A stretch of DNA of 64,000 bases from Planctomycetota bacterium (GTDB lineage Bacteria > Planctomycetota > UBA8108 > SXIK01). Positions 20,201 to 29,500 of this stretch are shown one piece after another. The notes beneath the pieces were generated by a model. The model ran no database searches. It saw only the letters and a list, made by a program, of their open reading frames with translations, and was not told the DNA's origin. The first letter of the stretch is position 1; every line of letters begins with the position of its first letter. The stretch lies in assembly GCA_965223845.1 (NCBI GenBank), contig CBDCXR010000004.1, positions 1,856,001 through 1,920,000 of the forward strand, written 5' to 3'. The translations under genes and the position numbers were made by a program.

Positions 20201-21121
20201 AGCTCGGATCTTCACTTCGATGCGGCGCTGACCGCCGTGCGAACGATTCCGCTCTACCTCGCGGCTCTTCCCGAAGAAGAAATCAATGCGGCGCTTGCCG
20301 AAGCGATCGCGGAGATTCCGGTCGTGATTCGCGCGATTTGGGCGCCGCTCATAGATTTCTCGTGGGGTCGGGGAACGCTCGCGGCTGACATCTCTCTTGC
20401 CGACGCGCTCAAGGCTTGGCGCGCGCGACGCGTGATCCTCGGCGAGCTCGACTACGACGACGCCGAGAGCGCGGCGTTGACGACGGAACTCGAGCTCTTC
20501 GAACGAGCGCGCGAGGAGCTCACGTCGGCCGAGCGGTACGCGCTCCAGCTCTACTTCGACGAGATTCTCCGAGCTCGAGACCTGGAGGCCGAGGCGGATC
20601 GACTCGCGCGGGAATGGGTGGCATCGGAACTCCTTCTCGCTGGAGCGCTTCGACTGAACGGGGGAGGAGGTGCATTCGTGAGCGCCGACGACACGGCCTG
20701 GGGCGCAGATCGGTTCTTCAGCGGGGGAGGAACCTATCTCGATGGCGCTCGATCGCTTTACGTGGACGACATTCCAGGCACCGAGGACGATCCGCTCTAC
20801 CAGACGGAGCGTTTCTTTCGTCCGGGAACGGCGAAGCCGCACTACCGTATCCCCGTGCCGAATGGGCGGTACCGAGTTACGTTTCACGCGAACGAGATTT
20901 GGTACCCCCGAGGCGGAAACCGAATCTTCGGCGGCAGAATCGAAGGGGTGACGGTGTTCGAGAACTACGACCCCTTCGAGAGTGCAGGACAGCACGGGAA
21001 ACCGCACGTCCAGCAATTCGACGTCGAGGTGACGGACGAATGGCTCGATCTCGAACTCGTTCACGGCCGGGACAACCCAAAGATTTCGGCGCTCGAGGTT
21101 TCGCCGATCAGAGAACCTTAG
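14279..21121 (+). CDS. nSTAND1-type P-loop NTPase with TM helix, coiled coil, ~20 WD40 repeats, TPR-like region, galactose-binding-like beta-sandwich and C-terminal malectin domain
   Basis: MNPYPGLRPF..FFGRE N-terminus; Walker A GTSGSGKS (14402-14425); Walker B VVVDQFEELF; LPVLQHAL; DLSHESL; TM at ~15770-15836; repeated GH..V..FSPDG..D.T.R.WD; APFGFGD..RDDGAVLYLNG..SSDLHFD; malectin LNGGG..WGADRFF..DDPLYQTER..NGRYRVTFHANEI..R.F..NPKISALEV. ATGA overlap with the kinase gene. Confidence 0.93.
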   Translation: MNPYPGLRPFRDDEDYLFFGREEQTAELLRLLGEHRFLAVVGTSGSGKSSLVRAGLLPELQGGTLTDAGSAWEIALLRPGGDPLLNLAEALCDADLYDADDPSAVPRLLATLGHSGRGLVEAYRQSDVEKGANLLVVVDQFEELFRFHDTGDVSRDRARAFVSLLLEAAQQKDVPLYVVLTMRSDYLGDCAQIRGLAEAVNEGEYLIPRLTRTQLRAAIEGPARVGGGAIAERLVQHLLNDGGDRPDQLPVLQHALMRTWDVWTSKGATDREIDLDDYEATGGMSEALSRHADEVFSALSTDEQRAVAERVFRALTEKASDNRGIRRPTRLSELTAIVGAAGADVRSVIDAYRQPGVTFLMPGLPRELRPETVVDLSHESLMRVWQRLRNWVEIEAQSARVYERLRETADLWRQNLAGLYHDPDLQIALTWRDEHRPTASWAAQYGGRFELAVEFLEASRTEAERETKEKEAARQRELEQANALAEAQARAARNFRHFAVGMGVLAVVAAALCVWAFILKAESEENERAAAESARAERASAEQAQSERARAEREAEQARLARAAAEAAQVEAHSLLVESRHEQGAVWLERARTLVEEKSFFAAKMFAARAVGFEGYGAADRDAEFRTLYPPLLRPESLERTQVEELMRMEEYPLVWVTPSAALEARVLAIAANDARASAGAVDGTVRSWSISSGEELPMIGDAGNQSMLAIAVTAEDSYLAIARSDGDVEIWNLREHTHERTLDHTGPVYDIAFTAQGDRIVTGSALTTVRIWKVSTGEMLHELGGHLGPVYAVDFAPDGKLLASGGADNTVRVWDSADGSEVQRFDHPANVRELRFSPNGEFLAATSRDVTVRRTDSWSEVFTANVLGAAMSRNLTRSGLDFSPDSRWVVVRGDSTTIGVRDLNTGTTRAVDSVVSAAGPVVFTPSGDLVVAGDRTLRIVEFPSGTDRGNLADGHAGPVRAVDISPDGRTIVSASDDGTLRFWDVATGEGRRTLDGLSRRVIWVQFSPDGSRLVTCDHERRVRIWDVDSHEAVVEIHGPAARATFHPDGILLAFGRSGGTIALWDLADDRLVTTLESGDADVNDVEFHPDGTQLLSTSEDGSVRLWDVATGTALVTLESQSMAFDAEFSPDGATFATSGPRDVILWDTLTRERTAILDGHDDRVESIAFSADGELIATASIDGSIRVWRTVAGTLVTTLESHSGAVYRARFSPDGRSIVSGGDDHAVRLWEVPNRTVGLISHPTEPYYGARISPDGSVIAAGVRGGVKLIDPAVRREIAELALSLEREPFGLRFDRTGARLAAVEVLGNQTRASIVVWNLATRERLGSFPGPPPINAQIDFQPGGDLVASPMFGPGITLWDAALRHAVAQISETEQIFAVCFSSDGALLASGALSGALRLWNVETRTLVREFTASSSGAAPEGAAAPERAHSKVLTRTVFQPSGDLLASASIDGNVRLWNVETGELVTTFSGHATSSLVEIVFSPDGKLLASVSAQGDTVRFFDVETRSLLDTRTGEESTPFDLSFSGSGAVLVVGALNSAIRMWDARVGLPARERYARYLDRYDFSGRSVVPRRPVHLFRMAGVPLEPLYENSHLSALYAAGDSAWRELVERYVFARNWPAAAAVLDEVPIESARDERVELAETLVRVADDLHDRGQSRLALRRLDLSESLGGRPSALFTRRARIRLALGERERAFENLGTAIDHLRAETPVDHEALTSLLEERVRFQLATRDFGAAGAELGALLAELEAPERRLRAVQEYLDAAAADAVAGLSSDPASRRRVVALALLELFLASYLGGAVDSGRLEVYAPLLGDDEDRDTRLVERNGEWEYPEENPSRPEAGWMTAESRGDWSIGLAPFGFGDSRESTPLSRGAIAYYVRRRFTFAPDDISGGVRLRVELSRDDGAVLYLNGQEILRDNLPNGPIEPSTMASVIQNNDDEVRWRTFTVSGAEHLRPGENLLAAAIHQSTANSSDLHFDAALTAVRTIPLYLAALPEEEINAALAEAIAEIPVVIRAIWAPLIDFSWGRGTLAADISLADALKAWRARRVILGELDYDDAESAALTTELELFERAREELTSAERYALQLYFDEILRARDLEAEADRLAREWVASELLLAGALRLNGGGGAFVSADDTAWGADRFFSGGGTYLDGARSLYVDDIPGTEDDPLYQTERFFRPGTAKPHYRIPVPNGRYRVTFHANEIWYPRGGNRIFGGRIEGVTVFENYDPFESAGQHGKPHVQQFDVEVTDEWLDLELVHGRDNPKISALEVSPIREP

Positions 21122-21170
21122 GGGACGACAAGCTGACAACGGACAACTCTCGCGCGGCAAAAGGAAGTTT

Positions 21171-22259
21171 ATGAGTACACCCGGGAAAAGAACTCACGCC
21201 TTTCTGCTGGGGTTGGTCTTTTGGGTAGCCCCTCACCTCGTAGCCGAAGAAATCTCTGCAACTGAATCTCGGCCGCAGTTGCCGGATCCGGACGGGCTGT
21301 CCGCCGATCCGAAGAAACCCGTTCAGGTGTTCATTCTGCTCGGTCAGTCGAACATGCTCGGCTTCGGAAAACTCGGCCCCGAAGAAAAGAATGGGACGCT
21401 GACGTCTCTTACGAAGAAGCACGGGAAATATCCGCATCTGCTGACCGACGACGGCGGCTGGACCGAGAGGAAGGACGTCCGCTACGTCCAGGTGATGCAT
21501 CGAAACGGCAAGATGCACACGCTGCGGAATGAGTGGCTCACCGTGAAGGGAAACGTGGGACCGGAGCTTCAATTCGGCCACGTCGTGGGTCACGCTCTCG
21601 ACGAGCCGGTGCTGATCTTGAAATCCTGCATCGGAAACCGCAGTCTCGGCTGGGATCTGCTTCCTCCGGGAAGCGAACGCTTCGAGTTTGAGGGGAAGGT
21701 TTACGCGGGCTACAAGGAATCTCCGCTCTCGTGGGAGAAGGGCACGGAACCGAAGCCCATCGCGTGGTACGCCGGGAAGCAGTACGACGACGACATCGCG
21801 AACGCGAAGCGGATCCTCGCGAACCTCGGCGAGTTTTATCCCGGCGCAGAAAAGTACGAGGTGGCCGGCTTCGTCTGGTGGCAGGGTCACAAGGATCAGA
21901 ACGCCGCGCACGCGAGTCGCTACGAGCAGAACCTCGTACATCTCATCACGACGCTCCGGAAGGACTTCAGTGCGCCGGAGGCGAAATTCGTGCTCGCAAC
22001 GATCGCTTTTGGCGGGAAGAAGCTGAAGGGGCACGGCCTCACGGTCGCAAACGCGCAGCTCGCCGTGAGCGGTGAGACGGGCAAGTACCCGGAGTTCAGG
22101 GGCAACGTGAAAACCATCGACGCTCGGCCCTTTTGGCGGGAGAAGAGCGTCTCTCCGACCGGGGCTGGACATCACTACAACCACAACGCCGAAACCTACA
22201 TGGAGGTCGGTGGGGCGCTCGGGTGGGCGATGGTGGACCTATTGGCGAGCGGTAAGTAG
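21171..22259 (+). CDS. Sialate O-acetylesterase / SASA (DUF303) SGNH carbohydrate esterase, secreted
   Basis: VFILLGQSNM block I, GPELQFG, FVWWQG, HYNHNAETY; signal peptide. Confidence 0.88.
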   Translation: MSTPGKRTHAFLLGLVFWVAPHLVAEEISATESRPQLPDPDGLSADPKKPVQVFILLGQSNMLGFGKLGPEEKNGTLTSLTKKHGKYPHLLTDDGGWTERKDVRYVQVMHRNGKMHTLRNEWLTVKGNVGPELQFGHVVGHALDEPVLILKSCIGNRSLGWDLLPPGSERFEFEGKVYAGYKESPLSWEKGTEPKPIAWYAGKQYDDDIANAKRILANLGEFYPGAEKYEVAGFVWWQGHKDQNAAHASRYEQNLVHLITTLRKDFSAPEAKFVLATIAFGGKKLKGHGLTVANAQLAVSGETGKYPEFRGNVKTIDARPFWREKSVSPTGAGHHYNHNAETYMEVGGALGWAMVDLLASGK

Positions 22260-22273
22260 ACGAGACTCGACCG

Positions 22274-23743
22274 TTGATCCCCATCCAGTCACTGCGATCG
22301 CGTTCGAAACTCCCGTTCATCTCCGGGGTATTTCTCCTTGGAGTCGACTTCTCTTCGCTGGCGTCGGCGGAGAGCCGGCCGAACATCGTTCTCCTCATAG
22401 CCGATGACCTCGGCTACGGCGAGCTCGGTTGCCAGGGAAGCACGGACATCCCCACACCCCACATCGACTCCCTCGCGCGTGATGGCGTCCGATTCACCGC
22501 CGGCTACGTGACGGCGGCCTACTGCAGTCCCTCACGCGCCGGTCTGATGACCGGGCGCTACCAGACGCGTTTCGGGTACGAGTTCAATCCGATTGGCGCG
22601 GACAACGAGGATCGAGCCGTCGGCTTGCCGCGGCGGGAGAAAACTCTCGCTCAGCGACTGAAAGAAGTCGGCTACACGACGGCCCTCATCGGCAAGTGGC
22701 ATCTCGGCGGCCACCCCGCACATCATCCTCGTCGTCGCGGGTTTGACGAGTTCTTCGGCTTCACGCACGAGGGGCACTTCTTTCTTCCGCCACCCTACCG
22801 GGGCGCCGTGACGATGCTCAGGCGGAAGACACTCCCCGACGGCGCGCGCGGTCGCTGGACGAGTTCCGACGGCAGCTTGATCTATACGACGCACATGGGC
22901 CACAACGAGCCGCCCTACGACGCGAACAACCCGATCGTGCGAGACGGTCAACCGGTCGTCGAGACGGCGTACCTGACGGATGCGTTCACTCGCGAGGCGC
23001 TCGACTTCATCGACCGAAGCCTCGATCGTCCGTTCTTACTTTGTCTCGCCTACAACGCGGTTCACAGCCCGCTCCAAGGCGCTGACGGCTACATGAAGCG
23101 ATTCGCCGCGATCCCGGACCTTCACCGGCGCATTTTTGCCGCGATGCTCGCGAATCTCGACGACAGCGTCGGCGCGGTCCTCGACAAGTTGCGCACGGAG
23201 GGGCTGGACGAACGAACGCTCATTGTCTTCCTCAGCGACAATGGCGGGCCGACACGCGAGCTTACGTCGAGCAATCGCCCGCTTCGCGGTGAAAAAGGCG
23301 ATCTGTACGAAGGGGGGATTCGCGTGCCGTTCTTGATGCGGTGGACGGGAACGCTCCCATCGCGATCGGTCTACGAGAAGCCGGTCATCGCCTTCGACAT
23401 TTTTGCGACGGCACTCGCGGCAGCGGGAATCGAGGCATCACCGACCGATCGAGTTGACGGTGTCGACCTTCGGCCTTTTCTGACGGGGGACAACGACGCC
23501 TCGCCACACGAGGTTCTGTTCTGGCGCTTCCGGCAGCGGTCGGCGGTTCGTGTCGGCGACTGGAAGCTCGTGAGAAACTCCAGGCGTGGTCCATCGGATG
23601 CCTGGGAGCTCTTCGATCTCTCCCGCGATGTCGGCGAGACGAAGGACCTCGCGCCGACTCAGCCGACCAAAGTGGACGAACTCGCCGAGATTTGGCGGCG
23701 GATCGCCGGCGAGATGGTCGAGCCGATCTGGATGCGCAGGTAG
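22274..23743 (+). CDS. Cys-type sulfatase (arylsulfatase A / GalNAc-6-sulfatase-like)
   Basis: PNIVLLIADDLGYG, CSPSRAGLMTGRY, GKWHLG, SDNGG, YEGGIRVP. Confidence 0.95.
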   Translation: MIPIQSLRSRSKLPFISGVFLLGVDFSSLASAESRPNIVLLIADDLGYGELGCQGSTDIPTPHIDSLARDGVRFTAGYVTAAYCSPSRAGLMTGRYQTRFGYEFNPIGADNEDRAVGLPRREKTLAQRLKEVGYTTALIGKWHLGGHPAHHPRRRGFDEFFGFTHEGHFFLPPPYRGAVTMLRRKTLPDGARGRWTSSDGSLIYTTHMGHNEPPYDANNPIVRDGQPVVETAYLTDAFTREALDFIDRSLDRPFLLCLAYNAVHSPLQGADGYMKRFAAIPDLHRRIFAAMLANLDDSVGAVLDKLRTEGLDERTLIVFLSDNGGPTRELTSSNRPLRGEKGDLYEGGIRVPFLMRWTGTLPSRSVYEKPVIAFDIFATALAAAGIEASPTDRVDGVDLRPFLTGDNDASPHEVLFWRFRQRSAVRVGDWKLVRNSRRGPSDAWELFDLSRDVGETKDLAPTQPTKVDELAEIWRRIAGEMVEPIWMRR

Positions 23744-23782
23744 AGGTGGAGCTTCACGAGCGAAGCACTCCGGCAGTCGCGT

Positions 23783-25303
23783 TCAACTGCTGATCGAATC
23801 GACGTTGTTCCCCAGGTTTCGGTAGTCGATGAACTCCTTCGGATCCGTTCCGTTCAAGTACTCTTCGACGTTCGTATAGCCGTCGCGGTCGAGATCGGTG
23901 GTGGCGTCCGCGGCGCGTTCCGCGTCGAGCCCGTGGTTCCGCTCCCAGTCGTCGGGCATTCCATCTCGATCCGAGTCCGCAGGCACGTCGCTCGCCTGAA
24001 ACTCGTACTTGGGGAAGCCACCGACCTCGGCCGGGCTCTTGATGATGCCATTTGGTGCGATCATCTTCCCCGTGCGTACGCTTTCGATCACCCTGCGGTC
24101 GACGGCGTCGCGCTTCGGCCGGGTCGCCCCGGCCTGCGCGAGAACCGCCTCGTAGGCCCGCTCTGCCGTCTCCTGCCGAACGGGCCACGCCTCGAACGCA
24201 GTGTTGACGCGCGCGAGTCGCTCCGGGCCGCGCATTCCCTTCCAGTTCTCCCGCGTCACCTCCGGCGCACCGTCGACAATGTTGCCCGCGACGTACCACT
24301 TCCCCGGTCGCTTCCCCGCACTGCCGAACCAAGCTCCCGCTTCGAAGCGACGTCCGGGCGAGTACATATCGCGCTCTTCGATGCGTGCGATGACATGGCG
24401 CATGTTCGACTTCGCCGCCGGGCCAGGCTTGTAGTAATTGTTGATCACGTTGATCAGCGAGGTTTCGTCGCCGCCGTCCATCGTGCGGTGCCGCCAGTTG
24501 AAGATGACGTTGTTGCGAAAGTCGAACTCTCCGCCCATGCCGATCGATGGGTTCCGTCCCGTATTGCACGCGAAGAGATTGTGGTGGAACGTCGAGTCCT
24601 CTCCGCCCCATGTACCGCCGAACGCGTGGTTCTTGGCGTCGAGAGCTTCACTCGAAATGCAAAACTGCACCGTCACGTTCTTGGTCGGGTATTTGATGAG
24701 TCGACCGTCTTCCTCCTTCATGCAGCGGTAGAGCGAGAGATTCTCGTCCATCCCCCAGCTCGTCGAACAGTGGTCGACGATGACCCGACCCTCGGGATTG
24801 CCGCCGATATTGTCGGATCCCTGCCCGCCCTCGGCGAGACCGCGCCGGACCCGCAGGTGACGGAGAACAACCTCGTGCGTGTTGATATTGAGGGAATCGT
24901 GAGCGATGCAGATCCCGTCGCCGGGCGCCGTCTGTCCGGCGATCGTGATGAACGGGTGCTCGATATCGAGTGAACTCTCGAGCTCGATGATCCCCGCGAC
25001 ACGAAAGACGACCGTACGCGGTCCATCCGCCGCCACCGCTGCGCGAAGAGTGCCGGGGCCGCGGTCGCCGAGGCTGTCGACGATGAGAACGCGCCCGCCC
25101 CGACCACCGCGTGTGAACATCCCGCCTCCCCAGGCGCCGGGGAAGGCCGGGATGTCGTCCGGAAGGCGAGGGGGTAGTGGGGGACTTTGACCTGGCTCCG
25201 GCGGAGACACTTCCGCGTCGGATGCCGTCGGCGACGGCGCGACGAGCTCCAAGGCGAAGAGGGCCGCGAGAGCCGTACACGAAAACGAAAGGCGTCGGTT
25301 CAT
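23783..25303 (-). CDS. Pectate lyase-like (PL1-type) protein with C-terminal DxDxDG Ca-binding repeats
   Basis: PAFPGAWGGG..TRGGRGG, TIAGQTAPGDGI, DHCSTSWGMDEN, HHNLFA..RNP, DSDRDGMPDDWE..DLDRDGYTNVEEYLN. Confidence 0.9.
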   Translation of the reverse strand: MNRRLSFSCTALAALFALELVAPSPTASDAEVSPPEPGQSPPLPPRLPDDIPAFPGAWGGGMFTRGGRGGRVLIVDSLGDRGPGTLRAAVAADGPRTVVFRVAGIIELESSLDIEHPFITIAGQTAPGDGICIAHDSLNINTHEVVLRHLRVRRGLAEGGQGSDNIGGNPEGRVIVDHCSTSWGMDENLSLYRCMKEEDGRLIKYPTKNVTVQFCISSEALDAKNHAFGGTWGGEDSTFHHNLFACNTGRNPSIGMGGEFDFRNNVIFNWRHRTMDGGDETSLINVINNYYKPGPAAKSNMRHVIARIEERDMYSPGRRFEAGAWFGSAGKRPGKWYVAGNIVDGAPEVTRENWKGMRGPERLARVNTAFEAWPVRQETAERAYEAVLAQAGATRPKRDAVDRRVIESVRTGKMIAPNGIIKSPAEVGGFPKYEFQASDVPADSDRDGMPDDWERNHGLDAERAADATTDLDRDGYTNVEEYLNGTDPKEFIDYRNLGNNVDSISS

Positions 25304-25397
25304 AGGTTCGTGGTGTCCTATCTCGACGTGAACCAGCGTACGACTGGCCCCGGACGTGCGACGTTCAACTGGACTTTCCTCCGGCCCGAGAGATCAC

Positions 25398-26444
25398 CTA
25401 TCCACTGTCCGCATCGCTGGCACGACGTCGTCTCTTCCGTCCTAGGATCGCCGTGGCGACGATCGCGCCGATGACGGTGATCGTCACGATAGGAAGGGTC
25501 CATTTCCGAAACAAACCTTCGGGGTGCCCGCGCGCAGCGGTCGAGGTTTCGCGCGCAAACACGAGCTCCACCGCATCCTCGACCCAGACGTGCGAGGTAT
25601 CCAGGTCTCGCAGGGAATCGCTTGCCGCCCAGCCGCGGACTGCTTCGAACAGCTTTGAATCCGCGATGGACTCTTTTCTCGTGTCCGGAGGTCGCTCCGC
25701 CGTTGAGAGCACGTGCTTACCGGCGAGCCAAACCAGAGCCTCGAGCACCACTGCGATCTCGTCCGACCGGAGAGCTTCGATCCAGTCTTCGGACGTCCGT
25801 GAAGGGATGTCGGGGCCTCGAGCGACGATGTCGTTCCAGTAGCGATTGCGAATCGGCCGTCCGGCTCCGTCTTCCAAACGAACGAGCGCGATGCGATCGT
25901 CGAGCACGGCATAGAACTGACGCTCCTCTCGTTTCTTCGTGAACCCGTTGCCGTAGGTTCGGACGAGAACGAGATCGCGATCGATCGCCGGCCGATCGAC
26001 GAGAACGGCGTCGCGGATGAACATGCGATACCCGGTCCGCGCGAGCGTCGATCCCAAGTGCGACCACTCGGCATCGAATAGGCGTAGGTGAACGACGGAG
26101 AGATCCGGTACGTCGTACCCCGGATATGCCTCGAGCACGACCCACTTCGCTGGGCCGCGCTCGACCCGAAACACTGCCCAAGGCCGAAGGCGTTCCGCGA
26201 AAAAGGGATGCGGAGGACGCGCGAGCGCGGACAGCGACTCTCGCAGGCGCTTGTTCTCCGTCGGTTCGAGATGCCGCAGGTCCCGTCCGACGAACGCCTC
26301 GAGGACGCGAGGGCCCCGCTCGGCGACGATCGGCCGAGGCTCCGGGGACTGGGCGAGAACCGTCGTGCCCGTCGCGACTAGGAGAGCGGTGGAGAACGAG
26401 TGGGTCCTAAGCATTCGGCGCTGTTTTTCGAAGGAAACCGCCAT
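25398..26444 (-). CDS. Hypothetical exported protein with C-terminal TM anchor
   Basis: N-terminal signal-like segment; C-terminal WTLPIVTITVIGAIVATAILG followed by RKRRRR. Start uncertain. Confidence 0.7.
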   Translation of the reverse strand: MAVSFEKQRRMLRTHSFSTALLVATGTTVLAQSPEPRPIVAERGPRVLEAFVGRDLRHLEPTENKRLRESLSALARPPHPFFAERLRPWAVFRVERGPAKWVVLEAYPGYDVPDLSVVHLRLFDAEWSHLGSTLARTGYRMFIRDAVLVDRPAIDRDLVLVRTYGNGFTKKREERQFYAVLDDRIALVRLEDGAGRPIRNRYWNDIVARGPDIPSRTSEDWIEALRSDEIAVVLEALVWLAGKHVLSTAERPPDTRKESIADSKLFEAVRGWAASDSLRDLDTSHVWVEDAVELVFARETSTAARGHPEGLFRKWTLPIVTITVIGAIVATAILGRKRRRRASDADSG

Positions 26445-26523
26445 GAGACACGAATCAAGTGCGGCCCCGGTCGAACGTCGACGAGATCTCGCGGACTCGT
26501 GGGCGCTCGGAACCGCGGGAGGA

Positions 26524-29500
26524 TCACCGATCCCGCAGCTTCACCCGTACCGTCGTCGTTGGCACGCGCAAGAGCAAGAAGCAGTCGTGGACGCCTTTCT
26601 CCAAGTTCGCCGTCCCCGCCCCGACGATCCCCGCTCGTTGCCCGTTCACCCAGAGCTCCGCTCCGTTCGCCGGGACGCCTGGGATTTCGATCTCGATCGT
26701 GGTCGCGCGTTCCGCGTTCACCTCGAACCGTAGCACTCTCGGGCCGCCGGCCGTCACGGGAGTGAGCCCCGCCGTCGGTAGCGAACCGTCGACGAGGCTG
26801 AATTGCGACTTCCACTTGAGAGTGTCGGCGCGCGACGAGATCGCAGCGATACTTGCGGCCGCCTCGAGAGACGCCGGGGCTGCCTCGAGCACGCTCCAAG
26901 TGCGCACGAAACGCGCGGTCGGCAGTGTGTACGGGCCAGGGCGCCCGAGCTCCGAAAGAAAGCGCGTCAGGTCGACGAGCTCGTCGCGCCGAAGCGTCTG
27001 CGTCAGCCCCTGCGGCATGATCGAAGTGTCGGCTGCGTCCACAGAGAGGACACTCGAAGCAGGGATCTCGATCAGTCGATCTTTCGTGTCTCGCAGCGTG
27101 ACACCTTCGCCGCCGCGGCGGAGGATCGTTCCGCTGTGGATCGCCCCGGTCTCCTCGACGACGACAACCGGCTCGTATCCCTCCTTGATCTTCGCACTCG
27201 GATCGAGCAGAGCTTCGAGGATATGGACTACCTGCGAACTGCCGCCGAGACTGCTGAGATCCGGACCCACCCGGCCGCCGGCACCGCCGATCGCGTGACA
27301 GGTCGTGCAGCGGAGCTCGTCGCGAAGGTAGGTCGTCTCGCCGCGTACGGGGTCACCCTTCTCTCCGATATCTCGGAGCAGCGCGGCGAGCTCGGCGGGC
27401 GGCGGCATGGCGGTGATCGGGCTCAGATCGCCGGCGCGCGTCAGCTCCTCGACGAGTTGCTTCATGTCCCGGCCCGTGGACAGCGCAACGCGAATTCCGG
27501 CGGCCGCCACCTCGGTGGTTAGCTTCGCGTCTTTGAGCGCGGACGTGAGGTGCGCATCCGCGCCCGACTGACCGACGAACGCGTCGAAGAGGAGCTCGAC
27601 GTCGTCCGCTCGCCTTGCTCCGACCAAAAGATCCGTCGCGACCGCCGCCGCGCGCCTCGGGTCGATCGTCGCGAGAGCTGCGGTCGCCGGGACGCGCGCG
27701 ACCGAGCTCTCTCCCGCGTTGGCGGACAGCGCAGCGAGTGTCTCAGGACCCTCGCCGCCGATGCGAGCGAGCGAGATCGCAGCCGAGTGGCGCGTCGGCG
27801 TTGTCGCGTCGGGATCGCGGACGACTCGCCGAAGCTCGGTCAGGGCCTCTGAGATCTTCCAGTCGCCAACGAGCCGCGTCGCGGCCTCAAGCAAGCGCAC
27901 GTTCGCGGTCGCGAGCGCGTCGACGACGCGATTCGCGTTCGGGGGTGCGGGCCTTCCGCGTCGCGCGCCGCGGCTGAGCGCTTCGAGCAACCCGGCGGAT
28001 CCTCCGGCATTCGTCTTCGCCTGCTCGAGCGCGGTTTCGAGAACGAGCGCGAGATCGTCGGGCGCTCCGAGCGATCCGATCAGCTCGAGAGCGTCTCTCC
28101 GCTCGCGTCCCTCGATCTTGCCGGCGCGCACGAAGTCGACGAGTGGACGAAGCGATGCTTCCTTGCCGACGGCGCTGAGCGCGAACGCGACTCGATTCGG
28201 TTTGCCGCCAAAGATCGGCCTCCCCGCGACGAGCATCGGAAGCCAGGTCGACTCGAGCTCTCGAGCGGCGAGCCAAATCGCGTAATCGAGCGAGCGATCG
28301 CGCGGACGATCGAGTGCCGCAAGGGCGAGGTTTGCCCCGAGCGGTCCACCGATCTCTCTCGCCGCGGTGACGGCGGCCAGTCGAACTCGGGGACTCTCGT
28401 CGGCCACGCCGGCCGCGAGCATGGTCTCGAACCCGTCGAGTTTCGCGTTCCAGTCGGAGATGACCGGATAGGCGGCCGCGCGCACGCGAGGATCGCTCGC
28501 CGACGCGACGCGCTCGAGTAGCTGTTCGTCGGCCGCGCGTAGACCTTGAAGCACCCAGAGCGCCTCCATTTCCAGGTGCTCGAAGAGACTTCGATCGTCA
28601 TCGCCGAGCTTCCCCTCGACCTCGGCAAGCCAGGTTCGCAGGGCGGGGACAACGTTGTCTACGCCGCGCTCTCGAAGTAAGCGTCGCGCTTGGTCGCGGG
28701 TCCAGCCCTCCGGCTCCGCCAGGGCGTCGAGCAGCTCCCGAGTGTTCGCTCCAGCGAGGCGCGGCGGCTTCACGAGGTCGCGTCCCTTGGCGGTCAAGCG
28801 CCAGATCCGACCGTGGCGGTCGTCGCGAAGCGGGTGGTGAAAGTCCACCTCGCCGTGATCGATGATGGGGCTGTACCAATCGACGACGTAAATCGCTCCG
28901 TCCGGTCCCATTTTCACATCGACGGGCCGGTACGAGCGGTGCGTCGACGCGAGCACGTCGCCGTGGAACTTCGATGAGTAACCGCTCCCGCTGTCAGAGA
29001 GTTCGTAGCGCACGACGCGGTTCGCACGGAAGTCTCCGGTGACGAGGTTGCCACGCCAGGACTCGGGCAGGTGCCGGCCGGATAAGATCTCGAGACCGCA
29101 CTCCTTCGGACGCCCGCGGTTCAGCGTCTCGAGTGTGCGGTGAGCGCCCTTGGCCGTGCGGTAAGCGCTGCCAGCGAAGGTGTGACCGGGTCCGCCTCCG
29201 CCCGCGCCGTCGGTCGAGAAGGACTGCCCCCAGCGATCGAAAGCATGTCCCCAAGGATTGACGAGCCCGCGGCTGTGGATTTCGAGTCGAAGGATTTCCG
29301 GGCGGAGTCGCCAAGTTCCGGAGCCATTCAGTTGGCGAACTCCCCACGGCGTCTCGACCCACGAATTGATGTAGATCGACTGAGTGAAGTAGAGGTCTCC
29401 CCCCGGTCCCCAGCGAAGCCCGTGAATCATGTGGTGTACGTCGGCGTTGCCGAAGCCGGTGAAGAGAACGTGTCGCCGATCGGCGCGATCGTCGCCGTCG

